Shown here: piece by piece, positions 25,397 through 32,000 of the stretch
Position numbering within the stretch: position 1 is the stretch's first letter
How the letters are laid out: each line of letters begins with the position of its first letter
Assembly (NCBI RefSeq): GCF_002933855.1
Contig: NZ_BFAQ01000011.1
Coordinates: 29,442-61,441, forward strand
DNA length: 32,000 nt
From: Vibrio penaeicida
GTDB taxonomy: Bacteria; Pseudomonadota; Gammaproteobacteria; Enterobacterales; Vibrionaceae
Direction of reading: 5' to 3'
Notes under the pieces: generated by a model
What the model was told of the DNA's origin: nothing
The model's input: only the letters and a program-made list of their open reading frames with translations
Databases searched by the model: none
Translations under genes and position numbers: made by a program

Positions 25397-27940
25397 TTAT
25401 TGCCCCGCATTCAGTTGGTCTAATTTATTACCTACAGGTACTGAGAAGTTGAAGCCATCGTGTTGGTCCCAGTTAATAGACCATGTCATCACGCCACCAA
25501 AACTTGGATACAGCTTAGCAGGCACAACCGTGCTGCATTTCGTGCCTTTAATTAAGCAGTCGAGCGCATCATAGATGTTTTGGACTGGAGCTTGACCAGA
25601 GTTAGCACTGCTAGGACCAGATGGTAAACCAATGGCTACCTGATCGTCACGTAACGGAGCGAACTGAGTACCATCAGCCAGTTTAAACCCTTCAACGAGC
25701 ATTTTTGCTGACGCTACCATCATATCAACGGAACCTTCAGGGGCAGCACCTGGCATGTATGGGTTAGGCAAACCACCATTGTTGTATAGCTGAACATGAA
25801 GCAAGTCTAGTGTGTCACGAACTTGGTCAATCACTGGAATGTAAGCACCCCAAATACCAGTGTACGCGATCATTCCTCCTTGAACATATGGGTGCTCAGG
25901 TGCCATTGTTAGGTACATATCACCACCAGTATTCGCTTCTATCGCTTTAAGAGCACGACCTAAACGAGCCTGTATTTGAGAGCCATGTAATAGGTTTGAA
26001 CCACTTTCTAAGTCAACGTCCAACCCGTCGAAGCCCCACTCTTTGATGATGCTTGTTAAGCTGTTCACAAAGTTGGTTTCATCTTGGTCAGTGTTTAAGG
26101 TAATTGTCCCTTCAGCACCGCCTAAAGACAGAACAAAGATTTTCCCTTTGGCTTGCAGCGCTGCCATATCTTGCTTGAACTGAGCTGGATCGAGTGCAGG
26201 GCAAGAACTGTGGATATCACCTGAATACAAGTTGAAGTGAACAGTACCGTCGCTGTTACGATCGTTATCTGCAAACGCAATGTCAATAATATCCCAACGC
26301 TCAGACATATCAGCCAAACGAAGTGGACAGCCTGAACCGTTCACAAAATTATGCCAGTAACCAATAAGGTTATGTTTCTTGGCGACTTGCTCAACCGCAT
26401 TAACAGTAACACCGGATGAAACCGCGCTGTTTCCAGAGGAATCTTTGGCAATAACAGTTAGGGTGTAGTTACCGATTGCAGCAGGTGTCCAATTTACGCT
26501 GTAAGGTGCAGTAGTGTCCGATGAAATAACAGAGCCATTAACCAAGAAATCAACGCTTTGAACTGTACCTGTTAAGCTGGTTGCGTCCGCGCTGATTGCC
26601 GTTGATTTACCGACGCCAACGGTACTTCCGTTTGCGGGAGAAGTGAGTCGGGTAACAACGGGTTGGTCACTCACGGTAACCAAAGCACTTGCTTCGCCTG
26701 TTGAGCCACCGTTATCAGTGGCGATGGCTTTCACCGTGGTTTCACCTACGGCCGTTGCTTGCCAATTAACGGTGTATGGTGCTTGAGTATCAATACCTAA
26801 ACTGGTGTTGTTTGCAAAGAATTCAACTTGCGTTACGTTTCCGTCTGCATCACTCGCTTGCGCATTTACCGTTACGGTTGAGCCAGCGAGAATAACATCA
26901 CCAGTAGAAGGTGCTGTTAAGGTGACTTCTGGGGCTGCACTGCATGCACCTAACCCAGTCCATGCTTCTTTCCAGTATTCACCCACTCCCGGTTCGTATG
27001 CCCACGCTGAGTTGGATGAACACCAACCAGCAACGTCACAACGGTATTTCTGGTTAGCATTTTCGACCAACGCACCTGCGCTGTATGCAGTGCCTGCAAC
27101 ATAAGGCGTAGCATCAGCACAACCACCAGAGGACGCCGACTTCACATTCACAGATACCTCTTGGCTAGCTGTTGAAAGGTTGTCGTTATCTGTTGCCTTA
27201 GCAGAAACAGTATGAGCACCAGCTTGAGCTGTCCAGTTATGTTCAAATGGCGCTGCTGTGTCTGTCGCAACAAGGTTGCTGTCCACATAGAATTCGACTT
27301 GTGTAACTGTGCCATCGGTATCTGCTGCATTAGCGGATAGAGTCAGTACGTCACCTTGAGTGACAGATTCAGAACCTGTTGGGGATGTTAGGTCGATACT
27401 TGGTGCCACCAATCCACCTGCCGGCGCTACCTGTATTAGAACTGTTGATTCGTTCGTTGCGCCTAAGTTGTCGGTCGCAATAGCAGAAATGGTATGGTTG
27501 CCTGTTTCCGTCGTCCAATCTAGCGTGTAAGGCGCGGCTGTTGTTACGCCCAAACTTACACCAGACAAGAAAAACTCGACTTGCGCGATGCTGCCATCAA
27601 TGTCGGAGGCGTTCACTTGTAAACCAATGACTTGGCCCGTTGTTAGCTGAGCATTGTTGAGTGGCGATGTAATGCTCACTTCAGGAGATGCGTTGAAACC
27701 ACCACACGCACCTAGCCATTTCCATTCTTGCCAATCACCAGAGTGAGTTGCTGGCGAGTTCCCCTGCGACCACCATCTTGCCTGATACGCGTTGTTATCT
27801 TGTTGAACCTTTCCGTCCGTAGAGTAGGCGCCATCTGGCTGCCAAACTGGCAGTGTTCTACAATCGACCGTTGCCGCTTGAACAGCACTGGTCAAGCTTA
27901 AAGCGGACAGTATTGCACCGCTGATAATTGTCCTTTTCAT
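25397..27940 (-). CDS. Secreted multidomain GH18 chitinase with CBM5/12-type and Ig-like domains
   Basis: ORF 25397..27997; likely start MKRTIISG at 27940 with upstream gggagaag RBS. GH18 catalytic motif DGLDVDLES; chitin-binding-like WQPDGAYSTDGKVQQDNNAYQARWWSQGNSP and AYSAGALVENANQKYRCDVAGWC; repeated Ig-like domains (DTAAPYTLNWTT...-type). Confidence 0.92.
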   Translation of the reverse strand: MKRTIISGAILSALSLTSAVQAATVDCRTLPVWQPDGAYSTDGKVQQDNNAYQARWWSQGNSPATHSGDWQEWKWLGACGGFNASPEVSITSPLNNAQLTTGQVIGLQVNASDIDGSIAQVEFFLSGVSLGVTTAAPYTLDWTTETGNHTISAIATDNLGATNESTVLIQVAPAGGLVAPSIDLTSPTGSESVTQGDVLTLSANAADTDGTVTQVEFYVDSNLVATDTAAPFEHNWTAQAGAHTVSAKATDNDNLSTASQEVSVNVKSASSGGCADATPYVAGTAYSAGALVENANQKYRCDVAGWCSSNSAWAYEPGVGEYWKEAWTGLGACSAAPEVTLTAPSTGDVILAGSTVTVNAQASDADGNVTQVEFFANNTSLGIDTQAPYTVNWQATAVGETTVKAIATDNGGSTGEASALVTVSDQPVVTRLTSPANGSTVGVGKSTAISADATSLTGTVQSVDFLVNGSVISSDTTAPYSVNWTPAAIGNYTLTVIAKDSSGNSAVSSGVTVNAVEQVAKKHNLIGYWHNFVNGSGCPLRLADMSERWDIIDIAFADNDRNSDGTVHFNLYSGDIHSSCPALDPAQFKQDMAALQAKGKIFVLSLGGAEGTITLNTDQDETNFVNSLTSIIKEWGFDGLDVDLESGSNLLHGSQIQARLGRALKAIEANTGGDMYLTMAPEHPYVQGGMIAYTGIWGAYIPVIDQVRDTLDLLHVQLYNNGGLPNPYMPGAAPEGSVDMMVASAKMLVEGFKLADGTQFAPLRDDQVAIGLPSGPSSANSGQAPVQNIYDALDCLIKGTKCSTVVPAKLYPSFGGVMTWSINWDQHDGFNFSVPVGNKLDQLNAGQ

Positions 27941-28407
27941 TTCTTCTCCCGTCTTAAAAAGTATGGGGATATACGACTGCCCCCAGAACTTGCTCAAGCA
28001 GCCTAATATGACGGCTTACGTCATTTCTGAAAGGTTGCTTGGGTATAAAGTGCTTAATTTATAAACGCACAAAGTCTCTATTTATTAGACGGAGAGTTAA
28101 ACAATGTCATTGTTAGGATATTGAATTAATTGCAAAACTAGATTGAATATCACAGAGAAATATTCTGAGGTTCTTGAGTTTCAGTATGTTTTCGAGGCAC
28201 TTCACCTTAATTTGTTCGGAAAATTTCATGTGTATTTTTGATTCGTCGCCTGAAGGAGAATACTTTTCGACGCAATTCTATATTTTTAGACCAATTGTTT
28301 GTAATTTGTGCGTTCGAATGGGTATTACTGCTGCATGCTCTTGTTATTGCCTGTGTAAAACACTATTGTACTAGCCAACTAGTTCGCAAGTGTGTCAGTA
28401 GCGTAGT

Positions 28408-29757
28408 ATGGCAAATACAAGAGAAAATTTTGGATCGAGATTGGGCTTCGTGTTGGCGGCAGCTGGTGCAGCGGTAGGTCTTGGAAATATATGGGGTTTC
28501 CCCACTCAGGCTGCGAGTAATGGGGGCGGTGCATTTTTAATGGTGTACCTCTTCATGATCCTTGTCGTGGCTTTTCCTATGTTGGTTGTTGAAATGGCGA
28601 TAGGACGTCATGGTCAAGCCAACCCAGTCGATAGTATGAAGTCACTTACGGAGAACCCGCTAGGTAAAAAAGTCGGAGGCTTAGTCGGTTGGATTGGTCT
28701 TAGCGTACCAAGTGCCGTTCTTGCTTTTTATTCCATCGTGGGTGGGTGGTTAATCTGTTTCTTGTTAGGGGCGATAACCGAGCTGTTCGGTTTTGCGTCC
28801 GTAGCTCAATGGTTTAAAGGCTTTAGCGTTGAAAGAAACCTGTTTGGAACATTGGTTTTTTATGTTCTGACTATTTTGATTGTTCAAGGTGGGGTTAAGC
28901 AGGGGATAGAAAAGTGGTCGACTCGATTAATGCCCGCGCTGTTTGTTTTGTTTGCATTGCTTTTCGTCTACATCATGATGCAATCAGGTGCGGTAGAAGG
29001 GCTTAAGCATTATTTGATTCCTGACTTCGAAAAAATTTGGGATAGAAAACTGATTCTGGCGGCAATGGGACAAGGCTTTTTCTCACTGACGATTGGTGGG
29101 TGTTCGATGCTCATTTATGGTTCATACCTGAGCAAAAAAGAAAATCTGCCTAAAATGGCAATGAATGTCACGCTGGTGGATACCGCGGTCGCTTTCATCG
29201 CTGGTTTAGTGGTTTTGCCTGCGATGTTCGTTGCCATGCAAAAAGGCGTACAGATTTATGCAGAAGATGGTTCTTTACTGAGCTCTGATACTTTAGTTTT
29301 CACTGTTCTGCCTTTGATGTTCGAAAGCCTTGGTTTGCTTGGTCAGCTGTTTGCGATCATTTTCTTCTTACTTCTTACAATTGCAGCGCTCACGTCATCT
29401 ATCTCCATGCTGGAGTGCCCAGTCGCTTTGGTGAGTGAACGTTTGGAATCGAAACGCAGCACCACAAGCTGGATATTAGGCGGTTTAATTGCACTGTTTA
29501 GTGTCGTCATTGTATTTAATTTTGGTGAGCTGTTTGGATTGGTTGCAATGGTTGCGACTCAATATTTACAGCCTACCGCTGCATTAATGTTCTGCCTGTT
29601 TGGTGGATGGGTGTGGAATCGACATTCAAAAATTAAAGAACTCGAACTCGGTAACCCAGACTTTCAATTGGGCTGGTTCGGTAAAATTTGGCCAGCGTAC
29701 GTGAAGTTTGTTTGCCCAGTGCTTGTCGCTACGGTCATCTGGGCTTCATTTGGTTAA
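28408..29757 (+). CDS. Sodium-dependent transporter, neurotransmitter:sodium symporter (NSS) family
   Basis: 449 aa; NFGSRLGFVLAAAGAAVGLGNIWGFPTQAASNGGGAFL is the NSS N-terminal signature. Confidence 0.94.
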   Translation: MANTRENFGSRLGFVLAAAGAAVGLGNIWGFPTQAASNGGGAFLMVYLFMILVVAFPMLVVEMAIGRHGQANPVDSMKSLTENPLGKKVGGLVGWIGLSVPSAVLAFYSIVGGWLICFLLGAITELFGFASVAQWFKGFSVERNLFGTLVFYVLTILIVQGGVKQGIEKWSTRLMPALFVLFALLFVYIMMQSGAVEGLKHYLIPDFEKIWDRKLILAAMGQGFFSLTIGGCSMLIYGSYLSKKENLPKMAMNVTLVDTAVAFIAGLVVLPAMFVAMQKGVQIYAEDGSLLSSDTLVFTVLPLMFESLGLLGQLFAIIFFLLLTIAALTSSISMLECPVALVSERLESKRSTTSWILGGLIALFSVVIVFNFGELFGLVAMVATQYLQPTAALMFCLFGGWVWNRHSKIKELELGNPDFQLGWFGKIWPAYVKFVCPVLVATVIWASFG

Positions 29758-29771
29758 TAGAAATTAGAAAT

Positions 29772-29811
29772 AAAAAATGCCGCTCAAGTTTGAACTGAGC
29801 GGCATTTTTTT
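29772..29811 (+). terminator. Strong Rho-independent terminator after the NSS transporter gene
   Basis: aaaaaatgccgctca ... tgagcggcatttttt, 15-bp perfect stem with T-run. Confidence 0.92.
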
Positions 29812-30001
29812 ATCTGAACTGTCCAGCATCAGGTAAAAAGTCAAAACCTGCTGTTGCCAATCTCGCTTCCAGCTTGCTTTTATCAATGTCAAAAAATACA
29901 ACGAGCTTGTCGAGGTCGCCGCCAAAATCATCGCGAAGCTTCATATTTACAATGCTCATCAGCATGACGGGGTCCATTGATTCGTAGTTGGCTAAATTCA
30001 T
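29810..30001 (-). CDS. DUF4250 domain-containing small protein
   Basis: 63 aa, [34 protein letters not shown]; TAATG overlap with yaeP. Confidence 0.75.
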   Translation of the reverse strand: MNLANYESMDPVMLMSIVNMKLRDDFGGDLDKLVVFFDIDKSKLEARLATAGFDFLPDAGQFR

Positions 30002-30207
30002 TATTTGTCCTCAAAATCCGAAATCAATAAATTAGCTGCAGCAAAAGCGGCTTTCTCACGCACTTCGTTAGGGAGGGCTGTGTCTGATGCTATGTCGTTA
30101 AAGGTACGAATTGAACATGCAATCGCGTTCGGCACGTAAGCTTGATCACCACTGCCAATTTGAGCGTACATCTGACGAATGAGTTCACAACAATCGAATA
30201 CTTTCAT
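30001..30207 (-). CDS. yaeP: YaeP/UPF0253 family protein
   Basis: 68 aa; [59 protein letters not shown] closely resembles E. coli YaeP. Confidence 0.88.
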   Translation of the reverse strand: MKVFDCCELIRQMYAQIGSGDQAYVPNAIACSIRTFNDIASDTALPNEVREKAAFAAANLLISDFEDK

Positions 30208-30408
30208 AAAGATTACCTAGAAAATGAAAACTGGAGTCAATATACAGAGTTACGATATTCACCTCAATATACAAAAAAACAAACTCAAAATAGGAATTTG
30301 TCTTAGCGCAATATGGGGAATGGAGTGATTGTTATTTGAGCATTTTAAGGCAGGGTAAAGTCTCAGATGGCTCCTAAAAGGGGGAGCAGAGCCATCTGAG
30401 TAAAACGG

Positions 30409-31092
30409 TTATGTATTAACTTGAGCCTCTAGCTGCAACACTAAGTCATCAGCAAGCCCTAACTGGGTAGCAAGTTCTTTTAAATAACTTCTTTCCATGA
30501 AATTTTGCTCGTCAACGACAAGTAATGACGCGAGATAGACTTCGGCTGCTTGCTCTTTATTGGAGACAGATCGAGCGATGTCTGAAGGATCGAGAGGTTT
30601 GTTTAACTCCGATTGAACCAATTGGTTGACTGAATCGTCCGCACCGAGCTCTGTGACGGCTTGTTGAATTTTTAATTGTTCCTGTTCATCAACATGACCA
30701 TCCGCTTTTGCGGCAGCTATCATAGCTTTTAGAATTAAAATACTGTGTTGATCTTCACTCAACTGAGGTGAAGAAGAGGGAGAAGGGGAAGTATTCCCCG
30801 GCTGGCTTTTCTGCCAGTCGTTGTACACTTTAAAAGCCAAAGCACCTAAAGCTGCGGCACTGCCGACTCCTAATGCTTTCTTCCCCATTTTACGGGACTT
30901 TTTGGATCCCATGAGTAACCCAATTAAACCACCTCCTACTGCACCAGCTCCTAATGTTGCTAACTGGCTTTTGTCTTGACCTAGCTTTTGCGCACTGTTT
31001 CCGAGACTTTGTGCACTTTGGCTAAGAGTTTGACTGCCTTGTTTCATCAAATCAGAATTTAGTGCTTGGTTTAATAGGCTTTTGAGATCCAT
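30409..31092 (-). CDS. DUF533 / TerB-like (YebE-type) inner-membrane protein
   Basis: ORF 30409..31116; likely start MDLKSLLNQAL at 31092. Gly-rich membrane segment and C-terminal TerB-like region (ILKAMIAAAKADGHVDEQEQLKIQQAV). Confidence 0.85.
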   Translation of the reverse strand: MDLKSLLNQALNSDLMKQGSQTLSQSAQSLGNSAQKLGQDKSQLATLGAGAVGGGLIGLLMGSKKSRKMGKKALGVGSAAALGALAFKVYNDWQKSQPGNTSPSPSSSPQLSEDQHSILILKAMIAAAKADGHVDEQEQLKIQQAVTELGADDSVNQLVQSELNKPLDPSDIARSVSNKEQAAEVYLASLLVVDEQNFMERSYLKELATQLGLADDLVLQLEAQVNT

Positions 31093-31234
31093 ACTCGACT
31101 CCGTTTTAAACAACAAACCCAGAATACGTTTCGCAATATGAATTAAAGATGAATGGTGGTCAGAAAAGAAAAAAGAGCAACAATGTTGCTCCTTTGGAAG
31201 ATTTCGAACTGATGAAAGAAGTCAGTGAATTGTA

Positions 31235-32000
31235 TTAGGCAAGTTGCGCTTGAATATGCTCTATGATGTTATCGATAGCTACAGCTGTTTTCTCACCTTT
31301 ACGGCGGTTTTTATATTCGAAGTTACCTTCGTCCATACTGCGATCACCGATAACGATAGTATGAGGAACACCCACCAGCTCGATATCCGAGAACATGACA
31401 CCTGGGCGCTCTTTACGATCATCAAACAGGACTTCAATGCCTGCTGCGGTTAGTTCAGCGTACAGTTTTTCTGCTGCTTCCTTAACACGTTCTGATTTGT
31501 GCATGTTCATAGGAACAATGGCAACTTGGAATGGTGCGATAGCATCTGGCCAAATAATGCCGTGTTTGTCGTGGTTTTGTTCTATTGCAGAAGCAACAAC
31601 ACGAGTAACACCAATGCCATAACAACCCATTTCTAGAATGGTATTTTTACCATCAGGACCAAGCACGCCACAATTCATCTTCTCTGAGTAGCTTTTACCT
31701 AGCTGGAAAATATGGCCGACTTCGATACCGCGCTTCAGCTGAATTGTGCCTTGACCGCATGGGCTAGGATCGCCTTCGACAACGTTACGTAGGTCTTCGA
31801 CTTGTCCAAGCTCGACATCACGACCCCAGTTAATACCGAAGTAGTGTTTGTCATCAATGTTTGCACCCGCACCAAAATCGCTCATTGCAGCAACGCTACG
31901 ATCAACGATGAACGGCAATTCAAGACCAACTGGACCTAAAGAACCTGGACCCGCTCCAATCAGTGCGCGAATTTCTTCTTCAGTCGCCATCTCTAAAGGA
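31235..32000 (-). CDS. proS: Prolyl-tRNA synthetase, C-terminal part (5' end beyond window)
   Basis: Editing domain ([21 protein letters not shown]) and class II motif 3/anticodon region ([47 protein letters not shown]); frame open at the right edge. Confidence 0.95.
   Translation of the reverse strand, partial: PLEMATEEEIRALIGAGPGSLGPVGLELPFIVDRSVAAMSDFGAGANIDDKHYFGINWGRDVELGQVEDLRNVVEGDPSPCGQGTIQLKRGIEVGHIFQLGKSYSEKMNCGVLGPDGKNTILEMGCYGIGVTRVVASAIEQNHDKHGIIWPDAIAPFQVAIVPMNMHKSERVKEAAEKLYAELTAAGIEVLFDDRKERPGVMFSDIELVGVPHTIVIGDRSMDEGNFEYKNRRKGEKTAVAIDNIIEHIQAQLA

Noticed and set aside
28174-28374. ORFs of 66 and 79 aa in the region upstream of the NSS transporter
   Set aside because: Low-complexity frames in intergenic AT-rich DNA; one overlaps the transporter start out of frame.
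1-32000. tRNA, rRNA, integrase, transposase or prophage genes
   Set aside because: None recognised in the ORF track or by reading the intergenic sequence.

Overview
Window from a Vibrio-like gammaproteobacterial chromosome. Left part: end of a YajG-like lipoprotein gene, rlmG, bolA, the complete nqrABCDEF operon, apbE and nqrM. Right part: dinB with a LexA box, a RecQ-like helicase, a GreA/B-like factor, a YggN/DUF2884 protein, a multidomain GH18 chitinase, an NSS-family transporter, DUF4250, yaeP, a DUF533 protein and the 3' part of proS. Between nqrM and dinB lies the standout region: a compact minus-strand gene set (about 9725-19083). It encodes a CsgG/FlgO-like beta-barrel protein, a TPR protein, an apparent natural fusion of the FliF C-terminal region with FliG, a MotA-like and a MotB-like stator pair, a 1330-aa AsmA-like protein and a small secreted protein. 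No flagellar export, rod, hook, filament, FliM or FliN gene is present. I interpret it as a candidate non-flagellar minimal rotary or torque machine linked to the outer membrane. A double-receiver GGDEF protein gene lies immediately upstream. Family calls come from reading the translations by eye; no database search was run.
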